Assembly (NCBI GenBank): GCA_965235115.1
Contig: OZ249436.1
Location: 47,680,001 to 47,744,000 of the forward strand
Direction of reading: 5' to 3'
Length of the DNA stretch: 64,000 nt
Source of the DNA: Laetmonice hystrix
Taxonomy: Eukaryota
Both the position numbers and the translations under genes were made by a program. The notes under the pieces were generated by a model. It had not been told where the DNA came from. It searched no databases and was given only the letters and a program-made list of their open reading frames with translations. This document shows positions 52,052-64,000 of this stretch, piece by piece (position 1 is the stretch's first letter; every line of letters begins with the position of its first letter).

Positions 52052-52530
52052 ATATCAAACACCGACTGGTGTATCAAACACCGACCACCGGTATATCAAA
52101 CACCGACAACCGGGATATCAAACACCGACCACCGGTATATCAAACACCGACCACCGGGATATCAAACACCGACCACCGGTATATCAAACACCGACCACCG
52201 GTATATCAAACACCGACCACCGGTATATCAAACACCGACCACCGGTATATCAAACACCGACCACCGGTGTATCAAACACCGACCACCGTGTATCAAACAC
52301 CGACCACCGGTATATCAAACACCGACCACCGGTATATTAAACACCGACCACCGGGATATCAAACACCGACCACAAGTATATCAACCCAACCTTACTTGGT
52401 ATAACCTGGTAGCCTATATCAAACAGCCATCCTGGTAGCCTATATCAAACAGCCAACCTGGTAGCCTATATCAAACAGCCATCCTGGTAGCCTATCAAAC
52501 AGCCAACCTTACCTGGTATATCAAACACCC
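52052..52530. repeat. 22-bp minisatellite (~15 copies) followed by a related short ~26-bp array
   Basis: Unit caaacaccgaccaccggtatat, then cctggtagcctatatcaaacagcca. Confidence 0.93.
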
Positions 52531-53484
52531 AATCCTGATAAAGTGATTTTGTTTGCATTACACACATAGACATGTAGGCCTACGTGTCTGAGTGGATGTA
52601 TATTTGACCTTGTACCATCTGTAGTCTTTTTGACATTGCTGGCGACAGAAATGGTTTGAAAATCCTGTTGCGAGGCTAATGTTGAACAGATTAAAATGCC
52701 ACTCAGAGAATGTTTTTTTTTATGGAAGGTTCCGACCAGGCAGTGAAGATCACGACACAGTACAGTTCTCACATACTAATCAATACTTCCCTCCCCTCAA
52801 ACAACCACCATTGATTGCTTTCTAAGCTTGGTAGAATAGCAGGGTGCACTATGAAATATTCATCTCTCATTCTTGTGTTCATCAGTTGAAACTTAAGACA
52901 TTGTTACCCGACCTCACATACCATGTTACCCGACCGTATTTCATTATACACCAGTCCCTTTCAAAACGAGGAACATCTCGGAGACAGTTTCAAGTCCCTG
53001 TCTACCAGCATTCCCCGAATACAATACAGATCCAGTTTGTGGAGTAACACTTTAATTGAGAGGAAACATGTTTAAATGTACGGGTTAGGGTTAGCTTTAG
53101 ATAATATAATTGGTTATAGGCATAACGGTTAGGACTAGGTAGGGTCACTCAATCAGCCAATCAGAAGCGTTAAAAGCTAAAGCAAGATCTTAAGCCCACC
53201 AGGCGGGGTGCCACCGTACCGACATGACGAACAGGGGTAGGTTTTCCGCAGAGTTGTGTGTATATAATGCCGGCTTACAGTCAGTATGTACCCCCCCACA
53301 CACACACACACACACCCACCATCACTGAGATGCTGCCCCCACCACCTGGGCCCCGTCATCGCCTTTGTTGTAGACCCACCTGTAAGCCAGGTGCCTGGAG
53401 CATCACTTAGTTACACCTTTGCGGACACCTGCACACTTAGGAATCCTCAGGTTTTCTGCATCAATATCTCAGGTGAATGTGCCT

Positions 53485-54800
53485 TCTTCTACTTGACCAT
53501 CTTCCAACAGTTCTCTAGGTCCTGTTGATGTTACATCGAACCGCTCTAACCCCCCCCCCCCCCCCCCACCATCTACCTGACCATCTTCTAACAGTTCTCT
53601 AGGTCCTGTTGATGTTACATCGAACCGCTCTAACCCCCCCCCCCCCCACCATCTACCTGACCATCTTCTAACAGTTCTCTAGGTCCTGTTAATGTTACAT
53701 CGAACCGCTCTAACCCCCCCCCCCCCCCCCCACCATCTACCTGACCATCTTCCAACAGTTCTCTAGGTCCTGTTGATGTTACATCGAACCGCTCTAACCC
53801 CCCCCCCCCCTCCCACCATCTACCTGACCATCTTCTAACAGTTCTCTAGGTCCTGTTGATGTGACATCGAACCGCTGTAACCCCCCCCCCCCACCATCTA
53901 CCTGACCATCTTCTAACAGTTCTCTAGGTCCTGTTGATGTGACATCGAACCGCTCTAACCCCCACCCCCCACCATCTACCTGACCATCTTCCAACAGTTC
54001 TCTAGGTCCTGTTGATGTTACATCGAACCGCTCTAACCCCCACCCCCCACCATCTACCTGACCATCTTCCAACAGTTCTCTAGGTCCTGTTGATGTTACA
54101 TCGAACCGCTCTAACCCCCACCCCCACCATCTACCTGACCATCTTCTAACAGTTCTCTAGGTCCTGTTGATGTTACATCGAACCGCTCTAACCCCCACCC
54201 CCCACCATCTACCTGACCATCTTCTAACAGTTCTCTAGGTCCTGTTGATGTGACATCGAACCGCTCTAACCCCCACCCCCCACCATCTACCTGACCATCT
54301 TCCAACAGTTCTCTAGGTCCTGTTGATGTTACATCGGACCGCTCTAACCCCCACCCCCACCATCTACCTGACCATCTTCTAACAGTTCTCTAGGCCCTGT
54401 TGATGTGACATCGAACCGCTCTAACCCCCACCCCCCCACCTGACCATCTTCTAACAGTTCTCTAGGTCCTGTTGATGTGACATCGAACCGCTCTAACCCC
54501 CACCCCCCACCATCTACCTGACCATCTTCCAACAGTTCTCTAGGTCCTGTTGATGTTACATCGAACCGCTCTACCCCCCCCCCCCCACCATCTACCTGAC
54601 CATCTTCTAACAGTGTTCTCTAGGTCCTGTTGATGTTACATCGAACCGCTCTACCCCCCCCCCCCCCCCACCATCTACCTGACCATCTTCCAACAGTTCT
54701 CTAGGTCCTGTTGATGTTACATCGAACCGCTCTAACCCCCCCCCCCCCCACCACCACCACCACCACCATCTACCTGACCATCTTCTAACAGTTCTCCAAC
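53485..54800. repeat. Tandem repeat, ~78-bp unit with a variable poly-C tract, ~17 copies
   Basis: Unit ccatctacctgaccatcttctaacagttctctaggtcctgttgatgttacatcgaaccgctctaa(C)n. Confidence 0.96.
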
Positions 54801-55257
54801 CGCTGTAACAACCCCCCCCCCCCCCCCCCCGCCATCTCATGACTATTCCATCAATCTCGGTCCTTTATTCAGTTTGTGAAAACCTTTAACATTTATAACG
54901 GTACCGTTTCTGTATGAATGATGTCATGTTTACAACGCCAGATTCATCAATCCACAGGTCTGCTTCTTCTTGCTGGGTGTAATCACCTGTCTTTAGTCAT
55001 TAATAACTGGGGATTTCCTATTTTTGTGTTTCTTTCTATAATTGTACGGGAGTTTGTGAGGCCATGGCGTACCACAACACAGAGCCGTCGGAATATTCTG
55101 ACCTTTGACGTCTACTCATGTCTCTATCACACAGGTCGGTTCTCACCGTGACATTTCAATTATCAACTCGGTACACTCCCGTGACCTACATCTCGGGGTC
55201 AGCCTGACCTACTTAGGAACCTGCCACATCAGGTTACCAGTGCAACCTCCAAAAGTA

Positions 55258-55552
55258 CTGCATGATCATTCCGTACTCTATGGGAAACATGATCCTTTCG
55301 TATTGTATGAAAAACATGCTCATTTCGTATTGTATGGGAAACATGATCATTTCGTACTGTATGGGATCATTTCGTACTGTATGAAAAACATGATCATTTC
55401 ATATCGTATGGGAAACATGATCATTTTGTATGGGAAACACGATCATTTTGTATTGTATGAGAAACATGACCATTTCTTATTGTATGGGAAACATGATCAT
55501 TTTGTATGGGAAACACGATCATTCCGTATTGTATGGGAAACATGACCATTTC
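55258..55552. repeat. Degenerate ~27-bp minisatellite
   Basis: Variants of atgggaaacatgatcatttcgtattgt. Confidence 0.85.
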
Positions 55553-56438
55553 TATGAAATGAACATCTGGCTGTTAGCAAACATTGTGCAGATAAGATTC
55601 TAAGTTTATAGGAGTGAATTCGTAGTAGCCTACAAGCGAACGTGTACAATGAAAATCAGATCGACATGTGATCGAGCTATGTGTGTTGGTTCAGGTGCTC
55701 TGACAATCTTCCCAGCACAAAGATGTCAACATTAGGGAAAAAGAAGATAGCCTTTTCAATAGTAGGTGATTTTGTCTGCGGTAAAAGATATGGACTTATT
55801 GAGCAAGTATTAATGAAAATCCGGACTTTTCCCGGCCTGGGAGGCACCGATGTCAAATTCCCGGTCTTTTCCCGGTTTCTCGGACCCGGGAAAACCGTGT
55901 TTGCTTTCATTAGTTTGATCAAAGTTTATCACTTTCTCCGGACGTCTTTCCTGACTCCAATCTCCCGTCTCTGTCCAATCTCCCGAGTTACTGGTAATCA
56001 GACAGAAATGTTAGGACCTGAAAAACATCTCCCACACGTCGTGGCAGTTCTATCATCAGCCATTATCAGGGATACATCTCTTCATTACGAGATGACTTCC
56101 CACGCTTTCCGCCCGAGACCAAATATCCCTTGAACAATATAAAGTTGATCTAACTAATTTCTTACTTCCCTTCCAAGTTTAATTTTTATAATGAAACACG
56201 AGTTTAGAAGTGGGTGTGATGGACCTGATGCTTCCCAAAGGCTGGCCTGGATCACCTGGTCAAATTACTTACCACCCAACACGATAAGGATCTGATCCAT
56301 ATCATGTGTTGAATACGGTCCATATCCTGTGTTGAATACATTGAGTGAACGAGCATGTTTGTCGTCTACAGTTCCCGAAAAAAAAGACTTGCTACTGTCC
56401 GTGCTTGAAACCTGATCACGATATGTAAACGAGTGTGT

Positions 56439-56679
56439 GGGGCCGCGGTGGTTGAGAGCTCCAAGGCTTCAGCTCGTGACCACACGGCCTCCTACCTCTG
56501 GGGTTGAATCCCCGTCAAGCCACCTGTGAAAAGGTTTGTCAGTAACTTGCCGTAAAATCGATGGTTTCCCCCCGGGTACTCCGGTGTCCTCCACCAGTAA
56601 AACTGACTGCCTCGATATGACCCTGGCGCAGAACACCAATCCTTGGTAAGTACCGTTCAATCGTGACTGACTGACTGAC
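56439..56679 (+). mobile_element. tRNA-derived SINE with a V-domain-like core and (GACT)n tail
   Basis: Head ggggccgcggtggttgagag (A-box-like); ggggttgaatccc (degenerate B box); core ggtttccccccgggtactccggtgtcctccacc; tail gactgactgactgac. Confidence 0.75.
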
Positions 56680-57319
56680 CACCGCCTGCTTCAGCCACGG
56701 TAGTGTCACATCAGGCCACCAGGGGGAGCTATAACTGGCCTTGTCACTGGAGACCGACTTCATACATCTGAGCATTTTGTGGGCGCTCACCTTGAGTGGT
56801 TCTTGGATTTGTAAGAGCACCGTGGGAAACAGCATTACAGGAAAGGGGGCCATACAAAGGACATATATAAATGTATAATTTTACCAGGTTTTTTATGGAA
56901 ACTGTTGAGGGGAATTCCCGTTATTATAGCGCTGAGTGCTGTGAAGCGACACGCACTGGACATTGTAAGGGGATGCTCAGCAAACGGAGACATTTATGCA
57001 ACCATTAAAATGACTGTATTACAAACACACATGGGTATTGAGTTACGACTGTAAGAACCTGGTAAATGTATTGCTAACGCTGCAGTAACTATATACAGCA
57101 AACCGTCCTTTAGTCCAATAGATCATGGCATGTTTCCTATACAAGGGGCACAGAGCAGGTGTTCCCATTTTATATTGAAAGGACTATAAGATGGCAGCTC
57201 ACCCTGCACTACTGGTTGGCCTATATTATTCCCCCATCCGAATCCTATGTACGAGCAATACTTACAGTATTGGTCAAAATTAATAGCACACCTAGTCAAA
57301 AGTAACAAAATTAACCTTT

Positions 57320-57855
57320 AGAGAGGATGGGGGTCTCCGCTGTGTGTCTCCGTGTGACCAGTACTCAGCATCCCCTTCACGATACGATAGTTTGTCTAAG
57401 AGAGGGTGGGGAGAGGGGGTGAGAGGATGCGTGTCTCCGCTGTGTACGATACGATAGTTTGTCTAAGAGACGGTGGGGAGAGGGGGTGAGAGGATGCGTG
57501 TCTCCGCTGTGTGTCTCCGTGTGACCAGTACTCAGCATCCCCTTCACGATACGATAGTTTGTCTAAGAGAGGGTGGGGAGAGGGGGTGAGAGGATGCGTG
57601 TCTCCGCTGTGTACGATACGATAGTTTGTCTAAGAGAGGGTGGGGAGAGGGGGTGAGAGGATGCGTGTCTCCACTGTGTGTCTCCGTGTGACCAGTACTC
57701 AGCATCCCCTTCACGATACGATAGTTTGTCTAAGAGAGGGTGGGGAGAGGGGGTGAGAGGATGCGTGTCTCCGCTCTGTGTCTCACTGTGACCAGTACTC
57801 AGCATCCCCTTCACGATACGATAGTTTGTCTAAGAGAGGGTGGGGAGAGGGGGAT
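57320..57855. repeat. Compound tandem repeat of alternating long and short units
   Basis: acgatacgatagtttgtctaagagagggtggggagagggggtgagaggatgcgtgtctccgctgtgt, with or without a gtgaccagtactcagcatccccttc segment. Confidence 0.9.
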
Positions 57856-57939
57856 ACGCGGACATCAAACCAAGTTAACATTCAAAATGATCCAAAGAAC
57901 AAAGTATAACACCCTCGTGGAATCCGACTCGGTCTCTAA

Positions 57940-58423
57940 AGCTGGCGCTACACTAGGCGACGAAACAAGCGATTTGCTTGCGACGACCCATCGCAACCGG
58001 GGGGATGCTGGTCGCTCGTCTCTCGCTCGTCGCATCGGTATGGCTGCTACACTTGGCGATCGAACAGGGGACCGCACACCTGATTTGCCGCCTCATTTCA
58101 ACCAAAATGGCGCGAAAGGCGAATTTCGATGCGCTAGCCGCAGTCTGGTTGGTTGATCCAGTAGACACGTCATTGCGACGAGCGACGGCGATGGCTACAC
58201 TTGTAGCAAGCAGAAAAACGGTGCGATTCAGCTGCAACCGTCGTCGCAAAGAATGAACATGTTCATTCTTTGCGACTTCACGTTCCCACGGTCGCAACGA
58301 GTTTGCGCCGGCCTTGCGATGGGCGACGGAGCCTGCTACACTATGCGATGCGACCGTGGGAACGTGAAATCTCAACGGGATCTCAACGGGATCGCAATGG
58401 AATCGCCTAGTGTAGCGCCAGCT
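57940..58423. mobile_element. Non-autonomous Harbinger/Tourist-like MITE (484 bp)
   Basis: Perfect 21-bp TIR AGCTGGCGCTACACTAGGCGA / TCGCCTAGTGTAGCGCCAGCT; flanks TAA and TTA; internal gctacact motif repeated at about 58046, 58194 and 58335. Confidence 0.85.
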
Positions 58424-61400
58424 TTAGATGTACCACGCCCAAACCATTACGCCACCGCCACCTCCGTACACACGAAGGCTTTGGTTGAAAAGCACGAAAA
58501 ATCACCATCCTCCTTACAACCATCCTCCGAGATGAAACGGAACTTATGTTTTCCTATGGGCCCTGACATGGTTTTAGGGAAACATTCATGTTACGTCAAT
58601 CCTGACACTGGATGTATGTTTTTATTCAATGGTCTACAGAGAGAAGGGTGTGTGAATGTGAGTAAAGCCAGCCGCCAAGATTCCTTATAAATGTTTACAC
58701 CACGTGTTCGATCAATACTGACTCCCCTGTGGTGGCAGCTCCCCACCCCCACCCCCACCCCACCCCACCCCCACCCCACCCCCAACCCCCATCAGGCTGA
58801 CTCAGGACAGGTCTCAGTGAGCCAATCGGGCGGGCGTCACCAGGGAAAACAACGTCGGGGTTGGTGCGTGGGAGAGGGCGGGGGAGGGGGGAGGGGGGAG
58901 GGGGCAGTGGGGCCTTGCTCTTGAGACATCAATCACTGCATCATCTCCCTCACCGACATCTATCTACACCATGAGATATGGTTGTACCTGCGACTCTGAT
59001 TCTACCTGTCAACCCCTGCATAGCTTTGTAAAAACACACACAAAAGACAAGCAATCTTCAAACAGACATGATGCTTCCTTCCGTCCATGCATACCTCTGC
59101 TCCCAGCTATATGGAAAATTGCTGACTGCCATATATTAATTAATACTCCAATATAACACCGAATTTTGGAACGGAAACGGAAATCCTCTTATTTGGTATA
59201 CCTTTAGAAATCCGTTAATACACAGCGGGCGTTAAGATCAGTCATTGATGCCTGTAAATTTCAATAAAACAGTTTTAAGTACCCCTCCTTCAGCCACAAC
59301 AATATAAGATATTCACGGCAGGATCTCCAAGTCCTTTAATAGCGCGATCCATTGCCAGCAAGGCTTTGTCACCTAATGACAACACCAGATCAATTACGAC
59401 GAAACACCTTAAAGCTGCTGACTTGGCATCCAACCGATTTAAATAAGAGCTGAGAAGATTATGAAAGATGTGTTGAAATCCTGTGTCTGGCATTCCGTAC
59501 CAAACCGTTCAACCTGTGTCAAGTGTTGTCTGACAACATCCACTGGGATCTCAGTATATTTAACACTGTGTAGTATGAATTCGGAAGTATCTTTCAAAGA
59601 CGACGCACTACGCATCTGCTAACGTACTACATATCTTCTGATGTACTACTTATCTTCTGACGTACTACATATCTGCCAGTGACGGCAAAACCCTTTGTGG
59701 GGGATTACCGTAATTAAATAGCCCAGAAACACGCACACTACCAACTTCAACATGATGCCTCTAGATATAGATACAATCAATATTGAAACGAGGAGGGACC
59801 TCAACCATAGACAGACGTGTCTAGATAGCAGTCAGTCAGAGCTCTGGTACATCACGAGCCGCCCAGATTGAACGGCTACTTGATTTCATACTCTGCATGA
59901 AAATTCTACTACAATAATAACCCATCTGGCACACTGAAAAAATATCTAGGAATTCATGTTTTATATCTTATGCTGAAAACTTCAGTATTATTCAAGTATT
60001 TTTCAAATGAAGAACCGGGGCTACTTCAAAACGTCTTTAATTCTGGATGAATTAAGTTTTCTCCCTTGCTTGGTCTTCACTGCTTTCAAAATGGAAAGAT
60101 TTTACCACGTATTTATAATAAGTAGTCTTTAGCCCTTAAGAGACCTAAACCATTTCAAGGCCATTTTCCCTCAACAACAATTTTTTATCGCCTCGCTAGA
60201 AGTTTTGGTTTTGACACCTGCTGTGAAGAATGTGACGATATTACGACACTTACCTCAAATATCCAGAAAGCAGTGTATCCACGATGTATCCAATCTGTAT
60301 AGTTTATTCCTGAAGAAAACAAGAAAAGTGAACTGTTATGATGACATTTTCTTTCACTATTCACTCCGACACAACTTGTCAACAAGTTCAACTTGACAAC
60401 AATGATATTCATGAACAGCTCCGATTCACAAATTCTGATTCTCAAGGAGATCTCTGCTGTCGTTCATAATACACAACCTGACGTTTTAATTAACGTAAAT
60501 ACCTCCACTCGCCTCCAATACTCCCTCCGTTAAACATGACACTTCTATCCGATTAAACCAGGCCGCCCTGTGTACTGGGAGAGAGAGCGGACCGCGACAG
60601 CCGCCAGGTCTGGGGTAGATTGGAGCAGGTCTGTGATTTTTGGTGTCTGTGTGTACGCAGTATAAAGTTGTTATTCTCCGGCCTCATCATATCAGACCTT
60701 GACTCCTCAATCATGTTACATTCCTCCACCAGACCCTCCCCCATTATATTTCTCCACCAGAACGAACCCCCCCCCCCTATTATATTGCTCTATCACCCCG
60801 TCTCTGGCACCCCAACGACCGGCCAGTGAGGCTCAACCCATCATTCAGTATATTGGGACAATTTGCGAGGTGTTGGGAGAAAGATACGAGGCAGGCGACC
60901 CGGCCCCGCTCATGTTAACCCTCGCCTTCCCATTCACAGCAGCCGGCCGGCAGCTCAAACACAGCTCTACTATAGTACTAACCAGAACACTACCGGTCTC
61001 CCATACCGATACTACTATATGACCCGACAAGAATAAAAACATGAGGCAGCAGCCTTTATAGCTTCACGTGTGATTTATGACCTGACATTAAAACATAATA
61101 ACGTGATCGCCGATTCGTACTACAGCTCGCTGTGCAGGCTGATATTGCACACACCAACAAGTGCTGCCGAAATTCCTGCATGTTTACGTGATCTCCACCT
61201 CCACTAAAATCTGTCCCCACTGCATCCACAACACAGCACACTTTGGGGGACTGTCGCCAATCTATTTGACGTTCGCACATTTGGTAAGGAAAGCAGATCT
61301 TTCCTGACATGTGAATTATTTTTAGCAGCCGAACTATTTATATTAGTTTGGGATCAGGAGGTGTTGCATGACTTGGGCACCAACAAATGGTCCGTCTGGA

Positions 61401-62802
61401 CAGTGCAGTAATACTAATAGGCCTAGTTCTTCTTCTCGTTATAGTGCTAAATTCACACTAAAAATCTCTATTCTAATGTAGCCTTCCCAATCCCATTCCC
61501 CTGCACATAAGTTTATCGTAATATCACCTTACGACCAAAACTAACAAGATTTATATATGAACCTGGCTATGAAATATTTAGCTACCTGCAGCTACACCTC
61601 CTGTAACTAAGAGTAAATCGAAATTTGGTCATTGACTCCTAATGAGTCCTATTCATCTTTCACAAAAGTACCCTTTTATTGAGCCCAAAGTCATCCTGAG
61701 CTCAGGTGCCTGATTAAAATACCTAACCCATATACTACTTGTAGCGGCCCGGCTGTAAACTCAGACTTGCCATCTGACAGGATAGACGTTATCCCACCTC
61801 GACTTTCTAACCACAAGTTCAGGTAGTTTCCGCATTAGAACCGCGGAATCCCGCACTTCACGCGGAAAACGACAATTTAGCAAATCTTAACTTTTTTCAT
61901 GCATTTCTTGTGTGAAAATTCAATTGATTTTACAGTTTTGTGACATGTCTTGGTCGTCCCCGTAACCAGTACTCCGGGTCTACAAGAAAGGTGACGGCCC
62001 TTAATATCAAGCATATAATCTGTAGATTGCATTGCATCTCGGAAAAAATAGAATTTGAATTTTCCTTTAAATTTCTAAATAGAATTTGTCAAAAAAAGGA
62101 GCGAAATGGAATTTTGCAGAATTTGCGATTTTTAGAAAACGGAATTTGGCAATTTAAGATAACACAGCAAGAGCGGGGTTCTACAAGTTCTTGTCTGCTA
62201 GGGTCAGCTAACTACTTAGAATTACGCCATCTGGCAATGATTACCGCGCAGGAAACAGTCACTGATTAGGTGGAAAGGCAAAAACGGAAAACTTCCCTGA
62301 TGGCCTTGCCCTCATTAACCCGCGCTCAGTACTACTTGGAAACAACGGGACGGATGCTAGACACGAATGACCTTCAGTTTCTATCACCTTTATACATGGT
62401 ATCTAAAGATGGAAGGAATCTGAAGACCATTTTTCTGTCGTGAAACATCAGACGTCATCAATCACTTTGATTTTCAGAGTACTTAATCAACCGTGGACAT
62501 CACATTTGCAAGAAGACGAGACTATGTTTTTCAGGTCCGAAAAAAAGTATTCGCGTGTTCGTCAGTGGGGAAACTGATGGGGAGGGCCAGTAAATGATGG
62601 ATTGTCACATGGATGAAGAGTTTATGGCCTCCTCCAGGCGTGATATATTCTGAGAGACACAGGAGGAGAAGACTAAGGAAGTGGAGAGATAGCTACCATG
62701 TCTCTGACCATTTACTTTCACGTTGACTTGGCTTCGTTTGGCTGACTGAGGATTGGAAGTAAACGGTACCACTGACACTATACATCATCTGCTTACCCGT
62801 AA

Positions 62803-64000
62803 ATATTACACTGACACTATCGAGTATCCTGTATGACACTGGCACCATATTACACTGACACTATCGAGTATTCTGTGTGACACTGACACCATATTACACT
62901 GACACTATCGAGTATCCTGTATGACACTGACACCATATTACACTGACACCATCGAGTATCCTGTATGACACTGACACCATATTACACTGACACCATCGAG
63001 TATCCTGTATGACACTGACACCATATTACACTGACACTATCGAGTATCCTGTATGACACTGACACCATATTACACTGACACTATCGAGTATCCTGTATGA
63101 CACTGACACCATATTACACTGACACTATCGAGTATCCTGTATGACACTGACACCATATTACACTGACACTATCGAGTATCCTGTATGACACTGACACCAT
63201 ATTACACTGACACCATCGAGTATCCTGTATGACACTGACACCATATTACACTGACACCATCGAGTATCCTGTATGACACTGACACCATATTACACTGACA
63301 CCATCGAGTATCCTGTATGACACTGACACCATATTACACTGACACTATCGAGTATCCTGTATGACACTGACACCATATTACACTGACACTATCGAGTATC
63401 CTGTATGACACTGACACCATATTACACTGACACCATCGAGTATCCTGTATGACACTGACACCATATTACACTGACACCATCGAGTATCCTGTATGACACT
63501 GACACCATATTACACTGACACTATCGAGCATCCTGTATGACACTGACACCATATTACACTGACACTATCGAGTATCCTGTATGACACTGACACCATATTA
63601 CACTGACACTATCGAGTATCCTGTGTGACACTGACACCATATTACACTGACAGTATCTAGTATCCTGTGTGACACTGACACCATATTACACTGACAGTAT
63701 CTAGTATCCTGTATGACACTGACACCATATTACACTGACACTATCGAGTATCCTGTATGACACTGACACCATATTACACTGACACTATCGAGTATCCTGT
63801 ATGACACTGACACCCTATTACACTGACACTATCGAGTATCCTGTATGACACTGACACCCTATTACACTGACACTATCGAGTATCCTGTATGACACTGACA
63901 CCATATTACACTGACACTATCGAGTATCCTGTATGACACTGACACCATATTTCACTGACACTATCGAGTATCCTGTATGACACTGACACCATATTACACT
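62803..64000. repeat. Minisatellite, 44-bp unit, at least 27 copies, running off the window end
   Basis: Unit tattacactgacac(t/c)atcgagtatcctgtatgacactgacacca. Confidence 0.98.

Noticed and set aside
56439..56520. tRNA gene
   Set aside because: The A/B boxes are degenerate, I could not fold a cloverleaf, and the sequence continues into a SINE body and tail.
57740..58690. Cluster of 90-145-aa ORFs
   Set aside because: They overlap a GC-rich MITE on both strands and show no recognisable domain.

Overview
Eukaryotic, probably marine-invertebrate, genomic DNA, not prokaryotic. It looks intronic or intergenic and is dense in repeats. The main feature is a complete 7,387-bp PIF/Harbinger DNA transposon (27209-34595) with imperfect ~47-bp TIRs and a TAA target-site duplication. 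It carries two convergent spliced genes: an intact 3-exon MADF-BESS DNA-binding protein (247 aa, + strand, largely missed by the ORF track) and a 2-exon HARBI1-type DDE transposase (- strand) with one frameshifting deletion just before the second catalytic Asp. Its introns hold a 5'-truncated LINE and hAT-type MITE relics. The rest of the window has more than 20 unrelated minisatellite arrays (units 19-121 bp, roughly 15 kb in total), about 10 MITEs or non-autonomous DNA transposons and two SINEs. A strong candidate recursive splice site (T13-GCAG|GTGAGT, - strand, ~16.7 kb) and a possible signal-peptide exon (~15.0 kb) suggest a long intron of a minus-strand host gene. Almost all long ORFs in the track are artefacts of stop-free tandem repeats. 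No CRISPR array, rRNA or tRNA gene is supported. Family assignments come from recalled motifs, not database searches, and repeat boundaries and copy numbers are approximate.
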